A stretch of 64,000 nt of DNA from Phoronis australis. Its lineage: Eukaryota; Animalia; Phoronida. This document shows, piece by piece, positions 27,401 through 42,400 of this stretch. A program made the translations under genes and the position numbers. Every line of letters starts with the position of its first letter. The first letter of the stretch is position 1. The stretch is taken from the NCBI GenBank assembly GCA_002633005.1, contig NMRA01000076.1, positions 248,001 to 312,000 on the forward strand, read 5' to 3'. Below the pieces are notes generated by a model. That model saw nothing but the letters and a program-made list of their open reading frames with translations. It was not told where the DNA came from and did no database searches.

Positions 27401-30400
27401 GGTACTTGTTCATAGTCACGCCATCAGAGATTGCCACCACAGTCCGTCCAAGAATGTCAGTAACGCGTATCACACTGAAGTACATCTTGAGGTTCTCCAA
27501 GACAAGCTGGTCATTCATGAAGAAAGTGCTGTCAGTTGGAATGGACGTGAAGTTCTGAATGATGTGGTCTATTCAAAAACAGTGGAAAGTTAAAATGATG
27601 CTTTCAATCAAGATAAACAAGACCAATTAAGTTTGGTTCACCTCTCAAGGTGGCAACTACTGGCGGGTAACGAGAAATAGATTTCAAAGCAGCGTCATAA
27701 AACGCCTTATGCCACAAACATTTTTGATCACGTTTTATATCTCAGAAACAGTAGTTAAAATACAATAATTGTAAGGACAAAAACCTTGAGTTCATAACTT
27801 TGGAAACGGATATAAAGCTACACATGCCCCAGCAAATTTATTTCATGTTAAAACTGAAAATGTATTGAACTATAAGAATTATTACAAGTTAGTTGAAATG
27901 TTAATTATGTGACGAAGAGTGAAACTTGGATTCTCACATCGCAAAACAAGGTTTTGAGTTTCCTAAAAATAACACTATCCTGCTCTATTCATGACAAATA
28001 ATACTTTCCACCAACCCATAACAAAAATAATGAAATGATATATACATAAGGACTAGTCTGTTAGTTACTAACTCTTTAGGGTTAAACCAGGACTACTTTG
28101 TGTAGACCCAAGACATTGTATGTGCACTTGAGGCGAGGAAACTTTAACAGAAACATGTGTACTATAGACCCAAGACACTGGGCGTATACTTGAATTCTGA
28201 TCTCAAAAAACCAACTATTTCATCTGAAAAGGTGCCGTTTTGATGGATTACGTTTTAGGTTTGGATCACACTCATGAAACAATCATCTTTTGCCAGCGTG
28301 GTATTGCACGCTTCTCATTATATACACAATGGTTCTCAAGATCTGTAGAAGTGACCAAACAATTTTTTCCAGATACTAACTCACCATCTGCCCTGTAGAT
28401 GGCCCATTCAACCAAGGTAACAATGGCGCCGTTAGCGATCTCGTAGCGTCCCTGGAGTTGAGTCTCCTCTTCTTGGAAATCCACATCAGCCTCTGTGCTA
28501 TTGGGCTTCAGGTCGTAAACTGTGACCCTGAGGTCAGGCGTTATCAGAACAAATTGGGAGACAGCTGAACTGAATAGACCTGCCTTATTGACAGCCCTCA
28601 CAGTGGCTCTTATTGACGTTCCTGTAGCAGAATTAATAGTGGGTTAAAGTTCAACTAACGGTCATACATAAAAAGGAGCCAACTACCTTGATCATGCATT
28701 TTCCATCAGATGTCAAGTGGCCAGTCCATAAGGAGCCTCAGAGAGCAAGTTCCACAAGGGGATTTATGTGAACAACGATATCGGATATCAGAGTGATAAC
28801 ATCAACTGAGGCGAAATTAAGGAGAGAACACACAGAGCCCATGTTGCAATAGCAGGACATGTGTGACAATCGACTTAATGACAAATCGGACAACTGATCT
28901 GTCATCTGAAAATTTGGAAAAATTCTTGATCGTGCAAAGGCTCACCAGACACAAGATCTGCCTTCCTATGCTCTGGCTCCAAATCAGGGGACAAATCATC
29001 GGTTCTTTTTATCATGAGAAACCTTACATTCCAACAGCGTGATTTGTGGTTAGGCTCTGACTGCTCATGATGATTGAAATCAATTATGTAATTGGCATTT
29101 ATCACATTAATTTTATATGAATGACTCATAATATGGCAGATGGAATGCTTTCTTATAAGCCAGCAGCCCATTTGTAAGAAATCCACATCTGAATGTCCTA
29201 CAGGGGTCAGTGACACCTCCGTTTTACAGCGAGTATAACTGCAACATGCCAACTGAGTCCATTTGCAACTGAATTCCAAATAAAACTACAAAACAGTAGC
29301 ACTGGTAGCCACTGACCACTGACTTTCCTTAATAAAAACCCAACGATGAAATTGTCAAACAGATGACAGTAACAATGATTTTACAATAGACAGAAACACT
29401 AAACATGACCAGTGAATTGTGGACAATAGTTGCTTACAGGGGTCCCACATTTCGAGAACTAGTTTGATGCCTGAGCAGACAACTGGTTCTCAAAATGAGG
29501 GACTCTTGCATTTTGTATCAGAAATCCACCCAATTGGATTATTTGATTTTTCCACAAAATGTTGTCCAACTGAATAGTAAAGTNAAGGCTTGTAGAAGTT
29601 GAGATCTCTGTCTCTGTAAGGCCCATCACGAACTTCTCCAGGTTGGGGAGGGTACTTGTTCATAGTCACGCCATCAGAGATTGCCACCACAGTCCGTCCA
29701 AGAATGTCAGTGACGCGTATCACACTGAAGTACATCTTGAGGTTCTCCAAGACAAGCTGGTCATTCATGAAGAAAGTGCTGTCAGTTGGAATGGATGTGA
29801 AGTTCTGAATGATGTGGTCTATTCAAAAACAGTGGAAAGTTAAAATGATGCTTTCAATCAAGATAAACAAGATCAATTAAGTTTGGTTCACCTCTCAAGG
29901 TGGCAACTACTGGCGGGTAACGAGAAATAGATTTCAAAGCAGCGTCATAAAACGCCTTATGCCACAAACATTTTTGATCACGTTTTATATCTCAGAAACA
30001 GTACTTAAAAATACAATAACTGTAAGGACAAAAACCTTGAGTTCATAACTTTGGAAACGGATATAAAGCTACACATGCCCCAGCAAATTTATTTCATGTT
30101 AAAACTGAAAATGTATTGAACTATAAGAATTATTACAAGTTAGTTGAAATGTTAATTATGTGACAAGGAGTGAAACTTGGATTCTCACATCGCAAAACAA
30201 GGTTTTGAGTTTCCTAAAAATAACACTATCCTGCTCTATTCATGACAAATAATACTTTCCATCAACCCATAACAAAAATAATGAAATGATATATACATAA
30301 GGACTAGTCTGTTAGTTACTAACTCTTTAGGGTTAAACCAGGACTACTTTGTGTAGACCCAAGACATTGTATGTGTACTTGAGGCGAGGAAACTTTAACA

Positions 30401-33400
30401 GAAACATGTGTACTATAGACCCAAGACACTGGGCGTACACTTGAATTCTGATCTCAAAAAACCAACTATTCCATCTGAAAAGGTGCCGTTTTGATGGATT
30501 ACGTTTTAGGTTTGGATCACACTCATGAAACATTCATCTTTTGCCAGCGTGGTATTGCATGCTTCTCATTATATACACAATGGTTCTCAAGATCTGTAGA
30601 AGTGACCAAACAATTTTTTCCAGATACTAACTCACCATCTGCCCTGTAGATGGCCCATTCAACCAAGGTAACAATGGCGCCGTTAGCGATCTCGTATCGT
30701 CCCTGGAGTTGAGTCTCCTCTTCTTGGAAATCCACATCAGCCTCTGTGCTATTGGGCTTCAGGTCATAAACTGTGACCCTGAGGTCAGGCGTTATCAGAA
30801 CGAATTGGGAGACAGCTGAACTGAATAGACCTGCCTTATTGACAGCCCTCACAGTGGCTCTTATTGACGTTCCTGTAGCAGAATTAATAGTGGGTTAAAG
30901 TTCAACTAAGGGTCATACATAAAAAGGAGCCAACTACCTTGATCATGCATTTTCCATCAGATGTCAAGTGGCCAGTCCATAAGGAGCCTCAGAGAGCAAG
31001 TTCCACAAGGGGATTTATGTGAACAACGATATCGGATATCAGAGTGATAACATCAACTGAGGCGAAATTAAGGAGAGAACACACAGAGCCCATGTTGCAA
31101 TAGCAGGACATGTGTGACAATCGACTTAATGACAAATCGGACAACTGATCTGTCATCTGAAAATTTGGAAAAATTCTTGATCGTGCAAAGGCTCACCAGA
31201 CACAAGATCTGCCTTCCTATGCTCTGGCTCCAAATCAGGGGACAAATCATCGGTTCTTTTTATCATGAGAAACCTTACATTCCAACAGCGTGATTTGTGG
31301 TTAGGCTCTGACTGCTCATGATGATTGAAATCAATTATGTAATTGGCATTTATCACATTAATTTTATATGAATGACTCATAATATGGCAGATGGAATGCT
31401 TTCTTATAAGCCAGCAGCCCATTTGTAAGAAATCCACATCTGAATGTCCTACAGGGGTCAGTGACACCTCCGTTTTACAGCGAGTATAACTGCAACATGC
31501 CAACTGAGTCCATTTGCAACTGAATTCCAAATAAAACTACAAAACAGTAGCACTGGTAGCCACTGACCACTGACTTTCCTTAATAAAAACCCAACGATGA
31601 AATTGTCAAACAGATGACAGTAACAATGATTTTACAATAGACAGAAACACTAAACATGACCAGTGAATTGTGGACAATAGTTGCTTACAGGGGTCCCACA
31701 TTTCGAGATCTAGTTTGATGCCTGAGCAGACAACTGGTTCTCAAAATGAGGGACTCTTGCATTTTGTATCAGAAATCCACCCAATTGGATTATTTGATTT
31801 TTCCACAAAATGTTGTCCAACTGAATAGTAAAGTTATTGTAGTCTGTCATATTAGGCAAAACAAAAAAGCAAGGAATTTCCCTTGAATTGTTTAACAATA
31901 AAATAGCCGAGTCTTAACACCCTTATAAATGAAAGCAACCCCAAGAGAACATGGCGGTAATCACTGTATGTCCAGCAGCCTGCCAAAATATAAAAGTTTC
32001 TGTCCTTGTAGAAATGAATAAAAGTCACTGAAATTCCGTACCTGCTGCTAGGTTAAGTCCCTGGATAGTGTAAGATGTTACCAAGCCAACAGACTTGAAC
32101 TGTAGGATGGAGGTCGATGATTGAGCAGTGCCCAATGCTATCTCATACCTAGAGGGAAACATGAAACACATTTGTCATGATTGTTATATTAATCCACAAA
32201 CTTACACAGATTTAAAAAGCCCACAGATGTTTTCTTTCATAGGCATGTAAACAAAATTGGTTCCGTTAACAACGTAAACTAGATCCGTTTCATTACTCAT
32301 ATGAGCATGATCACTATGTTCCATTAACCATGTGAACAAGATCAGTTCCATCAACCATGTGAACAAGATCAGTCCCATCAACCATGTGAACAAGACCAGT
32401 TCCATTACCCATGTGATCAAGGACAGTTCCATTAACCATGTGAACAAAAATGCAGTTCTATCAACCAAGTGAACAAGATCAGTTCCATTAACCATGTGAA
32501 CAAGATCAGTTCCATCAACCATGTAGACAAGATCAGTTCCATCAATCATGTGGACAAAATGGTTCATGTGAACAAGATCAGCTCCATCAACCAGATCAGT
32601 TCCATTACCCATGTGGACAAGATCAGTTCCATCAATCATGTGGACAAAATGGTTCCATTAACCGTGTGACAAAGAACAGTTCCATTAAAATCTGAACAAG
32701 AGCAGATTCTGTTCTATTAACTATACAAACAAGATCACTACCAATAACCATGGGATCAAGATCACTTCCAACAACTATGGGATCAAGATCACTTCCAATA
32801 ACCATGGGATCAATATCATTTCCAATAACCATGGGATCAAGATCATTTCCAATAACCATGGGATCAAGATCACTTCCAATAACCATGGGATCAAGATCAC
32901 TTCCAATAACCATGGGACCAAGATCACTTCCAACAACCATGGGATCAAGATCACTTCCAATAACCATGGGATCAAGATCACTTCCAATAACCATGGGATC
33001 AAGATCAGTTCCCTTACCTAAGCCGCATCTCTCATAGTGGTTAGCACACATATTAATTACACCAAGTACTTTTATTACAATCTAGTAATTATAATAAAGA
33101 GGTATGCTAACAAAAGGTCCTAAAGTATAACCATTTGGAAGACATTGAGTAAACAAACCTGTCCAACGGTGTGCTGTCAGTAAATGGCTGCCACTCGACA
33201 TCAACAAACCTCTGAGAAATCTGACAGACGACCTGAGCAGGGTTGGGTGACAATGGGAAAATAGACGGAGTCACTATTTTAACCTGNATCACTTCCAACA
33301 ACCATGGGATCAAGATCACTTCCAATAACCATGGGATCAAGATCACTTCCAATAACCATGGGATCAAGATCAGTTCCCTTACCTAAGCCGCATCTCTCAT

Positions 33401-36400
33401 AGTGGTTAACACACATATTACTTACACCAGGTACTTTTATTACAATCTAGTAATTATAATAAAGAGGTATGCTAACAAAAGGTCCTAAAGTATAACCATT
33501 TGGAAGACATTGAGTAAACAAACCTGTCCAACGGTGTGCTGTCAGTAAATGGCTGCCACTCGACATCAACAAACCTCTGAGAAATCTGACAGACGACCTG
33601 AGCAGGGTTGGGTGACAATGGAAAAATAGACGGAGTCACTATTTTAACCTGTAACAGTGAGAAAATGGATGGAGTTAGGATTTTAACCTCTGTATCAGTG
33701 GTAGCATAGAATCATGGTTTTAACCTGTAACTGTGGAACTGTGGATAGAGCCATGATTTTAGCGTATAACCGTGCAAACCTCGAGATATTAAATTTTAAC
33801 CTGCAACAGTGGTAGTATATGGATTGTCATGATTTTAACCTGTAACAGTGGTAGTATGGATAGTGCAGCGCATGCTATCTTGTCCACTTGCATGCAAATC
33901 CTGTTAGCACAAGAGCTGCCCAATGCCATGCAAAATGACAGCAAACAAAATCAACAAAATCATAAATTTCGATAACAACTCGACATGCAAATATGAAAAA
34001 TTATTCCTCATTTTGAGTACAGTGCAGAAAATCCTAGTATCCGAAACTTTCATTTGAATTTACATGTATCAACCATCCCTAAGTTATGATGTTCTCAAGT
34101 AAGCAGACTTTTCAAATAGTGGCTTTATTTTGGCATATATTAACTGATTAACCACATGCTTTTCACTTAGTATCTCACACAGTCACATTTGTCATTATGA
34201 AACAGGTAAATCTGAATCGGAAAAACTCTTGCCAAAACCAATTACCTCCGTAGCAGTTGGTGGATCGATTATGTAAACAACCTCATCAGAGACGGAGATG
34301 TCATGGCCAACGAGATTTTTCACATGAAGTGTGACAAAGTACTTGACCCCCGCGGTCAAGTTTTTCTCCAGGAAATGGTATTTCCACATTCGTCGGTAAG
34401 AGGGAAGTTCATACCAGTCGATCATGTCAGTACTGTTGTAAGACATGCCAACGGCAATGGCCATGTCTGAAAAAAGATTAAAGCTTGCATTCAATTGTGC
34501 ACTGAAGAAATCTTACACACCTCTATGCGGCCAAATCTAAAACAGCACACTTGCAACTGACAAGCAATTAGGACAGTTTGGCAATGAGTAACAACCACTT
34601 CTTGAATGCTGAATTAGTCAGGTGCTTAATAAAATTTGTTTTTTCTCTTTGGAATGAGAAAATATCTTATTAACAGACAAAACACAACTGGGGAACCTGA
34701 CTAGCTTCCTACATCAACTTACAAGTAACAGAGCTCTCATTGTCACTAGCGATATCCCAGCTGCAATCAAATCCCAGATTGGTGGTAGACACGTAAGGAT
34801 GGCAGCGATAATTCTCCACAAAAGGTGGCGTCACATCCACAGTGACACCTGGTGTTAATTTCTTGACACTATTGCCGAGCTGATCCACAGAGCGGAGTTC
34901 ACCAAACACCTGCGGGCAAGAGAGAGTTTCAAGAACATGCTTCTCTACACATTTGGTTGGCATGCAGAAAAGCTACCATGACCTACAATTATCAGCTTAT
35001 ATGCTTAAGCAACGAGAGACCCATAGAAGAATGTCCAAATTGGTTAACCTTGAAATGGAATGAATTCTTTTCTAAAAGGAAACTAAATCCCGTTTTGGTG
35101 ATTTCAACCAGTCTCTGGCCAGTCACCTGCTAATGCAGCGTCTGCACACCACTTGAATGATGAAAGCAGAAATAGAGACTCACACTTTCTGTCATAAATT
35201 GGACATTATAACTGGTTTGTAGTTTTTCCATAAAATTGTCATAAGCTCGCCTAAACCCTAAGTCATGCTTGCCCATTTAGCAGACTTTGAAAAGAGATTT
35301 CAAATCTTGCTCCAAACTTTTGAGGGTTGTGGTGGGTTACAGAGCATTATTTTGCTTCAGAGAACTCTATAGGAAAGTTGTTTTTAATGTTTGCTAATAG
35401 GCCAAAACCAGATTTGGTATCCTTTTACACCCCTTGTAGCACTCTTGACTTGTTTTTGTTTGTGTTTATATGGGTCTATCCGATTTTTTGTATACCGGAC
35501 AATGTATTACTTTGATTGGTGAACAAAGAATTAATCAGCCTTAGCAAAAGAAAGAAAATCCGACAGTGTTTCGGCACACTTTTGAAGAGCGCCATCTGAA
35601 GTTTGTTTCCTGAGTGGAGCTATTTTTCCAGGTTTGTCTCAAATGTTTTCATTTCTGATCAGTTTGAACATCACCTGCAAAATGGGGGTATTATATCAAA
35701 AACATGCCGACTGATCTGTAGCAGTGTGCATATTTCAAACACTTGTCTGCTTTTAACTGTATTAACTAAAGAGTGGAATGATTAACTATTTTCATAGAGC
35801 GGTATACCTTAAACCAATCATCAAAATTCAATTCTAGATGAGCATTGTTCTTACCAGTTGTCCCTGGGATACTTTCGCAGTGCCTAGGGGCATAAAGTAC
35901 TCTGTGGTGGCTTTCCAGTTTTGGAGGTCTCCTGTCCCAGGCAGACTCCCCACACGGTAGTACATTGTTTTGTTTCCAATTCCTGTTGAAATATCAATGC
36001 CAATAGTTAGAAATGATCGAAACACAAAACAAAATTGTAGCTATAGAAAAAGATCTTCAGTTTGGGACACAGTATGGCAATAATCACATGCTTCAGTGAA
36101 ACCAGTCACATGAGAGAAATGAACTTCCCATCTAGCCACAGTGAGACTGTTTTCAATTAAGGGTAATGTATTGAAACACCTTTTTATACTTTTGCATCAA
36201 AATAGACTTGGAGCTATTAGTGTATTTAATTGCTTCTCAAACGTGAGAAGATAACTTTTACCAAGTGGAAATCACATTCAGCAATGCGATCGAACACGAT
36301 TTTTAATGCGAAGTTCAAGTCAGTCATTACAAATTAAAGCAGACAACAAACAAGTCTGGATAGTGAACACTGATTCGACAAACAGGGATAAGTTATTATA

Positions 36401-39400
36401 GCAATGGAATTTGTTAAAATGGTGTACACCCCAATTGTTGTCTGTGGGCACTAAAATTAAATTCAGCCTACCATAATCTGTGCTGTTCCAGTGGAAACTC
36501 AACATATCTGCTTCCTCGGACTCGTAGATTACGCGATGCGGGTCGCTTAGGTCGACCACCGTACCAAACTCTTTCAGTTCCAAAGTGGGTGGTGTAGAAT
36601 CCAGCTGGAACCCATCAGACTCGGACACGATGATGTCTTCATGACAGTTGTGACCCGTGATGGCTCGCACAGTCACAAAGGCCTGCCAAAAAAATTATAA
36701 CATTATGAGAATTTTATCTCAATTTTTTTACGAACATAAGGTTGACAAACTAGCTGATGAAATGTATCTCACGTGCACATATTTATGCATGCTCTAGCAA
36801 TAATCATTTACAGGGGTGCCATATTCTGAGAACCACATTGCTACCTGTTATTCAGAGCAGAAATCTGGCTCTCAAAATGTGGGACCCATATAAGTGACCA
36901 GAACCTAATGGCATGCTCTTATATTGAACTCGTACTAACTAACTTGAGCTTACGAATTGGTGTTTAGTGGTTTGAGATTTGAAGCTGTACCTACATTTTA
37001 GTGCATGGTAATGTGTGCGAATCACTACACTGAAGCCTAGCAGCAAATGTTTATGAATAACACGTGAGTGACGACAATGGCAAGTCATATCATGTTTTCA
37101 ATTAACATTATTTACTGATATCTGGTTTAATGAAAAGTACTCAGAAAGGAAAAACAACAATGACACAAAACACCCAGTTTACGAAATGCACACCTAAATA
37201 CCCAGGTTGTCTGTGCCAACAACTGACATGCACATGTACACCCAGGTTGTCTGTGTCTACAACTGACATGCACATGTACACCCAGGTTGTCTGTGTCTAC
37301 AACTGACATGCACATGTACACCCAGGTTGTCTGTGTCTACAACTGACAGCCACGTGTACACCCAGGCTGTCTGTGTCTACAACTGACATGCACATGTACA
37401 CCCACATTGTCTGTGTCTACAACTGACATGCACATGTACACCCAGGTTGTCTGTGTATACAACTGACAGCCACGTGTACACCCAGGCTGTCTGTGTCTAC
37501 AACTGACATGCACATGTACACCCACATTGTCTGTGTCTACAACTGACATGCACATGTACACCCAGGTTGTCTGTGTCTACAACTGACAGGCACATGTACT
37601 CCCAGGTTGTCTGTGTATACAACTGACAGGCACATGTACACCCACATTGTCTGTGTCTACAACTGACATGCACATGTACACCCAGGTTGTCTGTGTCTAC
37701 AACTGACAGGCACATGTACACCCAGGTTGTCTGTGTATACAACAGACAGGCACATGTACACCCAGGTTGTCTGTGTCTACAACTGACATGCACATTCAGA
37801 GTGAGGTTATCTGCGCCTAAAACTGAAGCTTAGACCCATGCACATGGCTCTAAATATGCGCATGTGCTGTTCAAAACAGTAATTTTCATGTGAACAGGTG
37901 TCTCTGTAAGTATGTCGGGGTCCGTTAGTCTCAAGTTCCTAAGGACATGGTACAACATAGCATAGCACAAAAATGTTGCTGTGTTATAGCTGAAATTCCA
38001 CGGCAACTGCACCTCAAACAATCACGAAGTCCTACAATAAGTGACATTCATACCACACAATGTTGAAGTCAAATTCAGGAGACAGAAAAAGAGCAGATTA
38101 AAGTTTTCCCATGACTGTACTTTTCATGCAAAATGAGAAAACATTCCACTTGTTCTGCACATGAATTTAGAGGTGAAATTCTAACACAATACACCCAATC
38201 GGCAAGTAATACCTTTTCCTTGGTCAGGTGAAGGTTAGCCTGTGCATGGCCAGTGTTGTTAGTCTCCATAACAATACCCTCCATCATGAACGGCTGAAGG
38301 TCTGTGTAGCCCACCTGACTACCAATACCCCAGTCATAACCTAAAATGAAGACAGACATCCGGCAATAGGTACTACAGGTTGATCTCAAAGATAACATAG
38401 CAAAAACGACTAAAACATAATGCTACTGTAAAGACAAGGTGTTTAAGACAATGGTTGGACCAAGTAAACTTTGCACACAAATGACTTGTAGCCACTAAGT
38501 ACATAGATTGTTTTGGCAAAAATGTGAAACCAAACCTTAAAAGTGATATACATGTAGACTGAGATCAGACATCCAGTTCAAGCAAGTCCCTATTAGCCAC
38601 TTGGTCTTACCAATGATACCGCAGGCTTCAGACTTGAATCCCTTGAAGGACATCGCGACTGAAGTTACATCATCCTGCCAGCTGGCGTCCTCATATTTGA
38701 CACGTCCGTCAAACACCACGCCAGGCTCGTTGCCGGCCAGGACCTTGATCCTATTGGATGTCATCACGCTGGATTCATCACCAGCTCCGTTGACGCACTT
38801 TACGCTGATGTAGTAGTAGAGGCTACTCGTGCTGAACGGCTGGAAGATCATGGTCTCATTAAACAAACACCTTTATCTAAGAAGTTGGCATAGATCATCC
38901 TACCAAGTCGTTTTTCCTGATTCACCCTTAAGTATCCATACGCATGTAGTGCAACAGAACAAACAAATAAATAAATGACCAAATCCATGGCCGTGTGAGT
39001 TACTGATTTTTCTTACAAGATCAGGAAAATCAAAGTGCAGCCAGTTTACCTGCAATCCGAGATCAGCAAACAGACCCGTTTTCTCCAGTCCCATGTCTTT
39101 CCAGGCTACTACTTGATCGCCACCAGAGGTTGTCCCAATCGCCACAAAGTACCTGGAGATACCACTCTGGAAGTCAAATCCACTCCAGTAGGCGTTCAGT
39201 CCCTCAGAGCCGATGTGTAGAACTGTTGGATTGCTTGGATCAGCGGGATCAAGCTCTTCATCCTCCCCCAGCAGTCCCACGTGCACCTGTGGTATTGCCA
39301 TGAAAATGACTCCATAATTGTAGGCATATAATAAGTCATGTTGAATATCTGTCGTTAACAAGAAACTTTTCTTTCCTGATACACACTATGTTGAATTACG

Positions 39401-42400
39401 TGTGGCTAACTCTGTCTCTGGCAAACACACCTTTTGAGGATTTGTCCATTCCGTGAGTATGAAATGCAGCAACCCGTGAGCTAGGCATATATCCTTGACA
39501 AGGTAAATTGTCAATTTCATGGGAGATAACAACACACCATGCGATGGCAGTTTAAATAGCTCAATGAAAGTGATCTAGATCGTCAATTTCATTAGGATTT
39601 TTGAAGAATCGCTTGCACTTGCCAATAGTGATTGATGCAATGCTGACCATTACCCATGCTTTGACTCAAACAATAATCTGATCGGGGATTTGTTTGAAGA
39701 GTCCAACGAGGTATGTATATCAACCAAAACCTATTGATGCATATGTAAGTAAATCATAGTAATGACACATTATTTTCCAAATTTAATTACTGGTGCATGG
39801 GAAGAGCAATTTTGAAAAACATTTGAAGTGAAAATGTTAAGGCAAGTTTTAAGTCATCCAACTATGGGCTGGGCAGTTGGCAACGAGAGAGTTCTCACCA
39901 ACACAGTAACAAAACCTTACCTTTCTCATCGAAGGGGGTGTGATGTCAATGACCACGCATGGGGAGGTGTGCTGTGTGAACAAACGTGCTCCATTGATTG
40001 CAATCACCTTGAAGCAGTACTGAGCGCCATTAGTCAAGGCCATGGTCAGGTTCTTCTTGATGAATCCACTACCAACGGGCTCGTTGGCATAACTACCAAC
40101 CAACGGATGAACCTAATTTAAAAATTATTTACATGTTTGAGCGACATGCCAAGCAAGGGCGCATTCCTAAAACGTCATGCCAAAACACTCTTCCTCTCAA
40201 AAACACTGAGAAAGCCCTTTGTCAAGACAATTAAATAGTCACTAGGAATTGTTCCTCAACTGATGCACAAGGCACTCAGGTCACGGAAATGGACTGGAGT
40301 ATTTGATGATTTTCTGTTCTTGGCCGAGGTACAAAACTGTGCTCAAAACGGCTTCTAGTTTGATAACAGAAAAGAGGAAAACATTATACTAGTATGTTAA
40401 ATATTAGTTATCAATAATTTATTTTCAACTAGATTCAACCTTTGAAATAAGGACTTTAAAAATGCCTACTCGTTGTTTTATAGTCATCACAATTGATACT
40501 AGGAATTCTAACGCACAGATTGAACAAAATGCCTCATGGTGGGTGAATACGGTGAATCTCAGTACCTGTTCCGTGACGCCGCTGAACAGCCGTGACACGG
40601 TGTACCTGTATTCTGCAATTCCTGATTCAGCATCCACATACTCCCAGGAGAGCATAAGTCTGTCATTATACTTCTGGTAACTGCAACAAAAGAGAGCTTT
40701 TGGTTAACACGAGTAACTGCCTTCATTAAATACAAACGACACCGTAAAACCAGCCTTCTATCACAAAAGCAACGTTTGCTTTAGAACTGTTACCGTTATA
40801 AAATTGGTCTCAAATAATTTCGTAATACATTCAAATTAGAAGTCATTTCAAGGCTTTGAAGGAAATGACGAGATTCTACAACTTGGTTCATCACAGAGTG
40901 TCATTTGGTGTGCTGAGTATGGTCTTTGTTAGCCCAGAAATCACTACTGACCTGAGAAAGGAACACCACGGCTGAGAATAATTTCACAGCGGTCAGTGCA
41001 CGGTTTAAATCAAACGTGCGCTTCTTGGACATAACACGGGTTTAGGGACACTTTAAAATTGGATATTTCATCCTCAGCAGATTCACAAAGAGATCAATTC
41101 AATACGGTAAAGTTTCCTCAAATTCGAACAAAAATCACGGCCAAATTTTTTTTTCATTTTTCAAAATGATGCTCACTGTATTGCCGAAAATACTCAGAAT
41201 TTCATTGTGTGTTAAACTTTCCTGATGACAGTCGTACCATATAAAATTTTCAAACAATAAAACGAAATTGTCTTCTCGTTTACTCTTGTTTAAAATTTTG
41301 AAGAAATAAAATTACAGTGTTCTGCCATATGGTGTTCTAATTTGAAGAAGCTTTACTGTTGCTTTTCTTCACAGTGAGAAATCCTGAGCATTGTGAGTGT
41401 CATAACATCTGCCAACCGGAGATCAACAGTCGTCGTTGACAAGCCGTCTATTCTCACTTGAAAGCAACTACAAACCAGAGACGCACGAAAGCAACTATTT
41501 TGATCTGGAGCAGCAGCAATTCTGCTTTAAATTGGGCCTCATCTTGTTCTTTACAATCATGTGAGAAATGGTTTCTGGGATTGGAAATAACTGTCAGTTC
41601 AATACTGTTTGAGGCCATGTTCAGTGCAAAAAATGACCTGCCATTAGAGAAAATGTGTTGAGCCTAGCTGGTATCAGGCCCTTCCTGCCTGAGCCCCGTA
41701 GTAAAGTCTAATTTGAGTAAAAGTACAATATTATAGTTGAGACGAATTTAACTGACTTTTGTACACCTTTAAATTGCAGCCATTTTGTTGGTTTTCATTT
41801 ATTCGGTAAGGTCCCAAGCATTATACTAGTGAGTCAGGTTTTGCACAACACAGCTGCAATCTGGCTTGTTGGATCACGCAAAATTCACAAGGCACTGTTA
41901 AAATACCGCATTACTGATAAAAAGATCGTTAACATTTACCGTGTACAATAAACAACACGTATGATTTCAATCGTTAGAATGTGACAACCTTTAACATTTT
42001 TTACCTGCCGCCAGGATTGTCAGTGTCTGTGATGCTCACGAGGGAGGGAGGGGTCAGGTCAATTACGTAACCATTAGAGACAGCTGTAGTGGTTGTTCTA
42101 GCACCGTTTTCAGCTGTCACCTGAACTGTAACCTGGTCAGAATTCTTTAGTGCAAAATGATGTTCCTCGAACCGCCGCTCATTGTTTGGCCTATCGGGGA
42201 AGACTTCCAATAGCACGCCATTCACAAAGACACCAAGATCATACTTTGTGATGTTGGACTCTGGATCGCTGAAACCTGAAAATCGAAATTGTATGTCACG
42301 CAAGTCAGTCTCAATCAGGAAGTTTTCACGACTTGAAATGAGAACTGTTGGTAAACATAAAACATAAAACTCTTATGTGACGAACGGAAGAGAACTTCCC

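Larger units (their letters stand above)
27335..31834. repeat. Direct duplication of about 2.25 kb (27335-29583 and 29585-31834) around a single N; likely an unmerged contig or allele overlap
   Basis: Near-identical copies meeting exactly at N 29584. Confidence 0.92.

Noticed and set aside
32202-33051. ORFs with DLDPMVIGS and GTDLVHM repeats as coding repeats
   Set aside because: Products of a 27-bp minisatellite; exons 27 and 28 splice in phase across it.
33159-33283. Mutually exclusive duplicate of exon 27
   Set aside because: The copy ends exactly at the single N and lacks its upstream intron, so an assembly overlap is far more likely.
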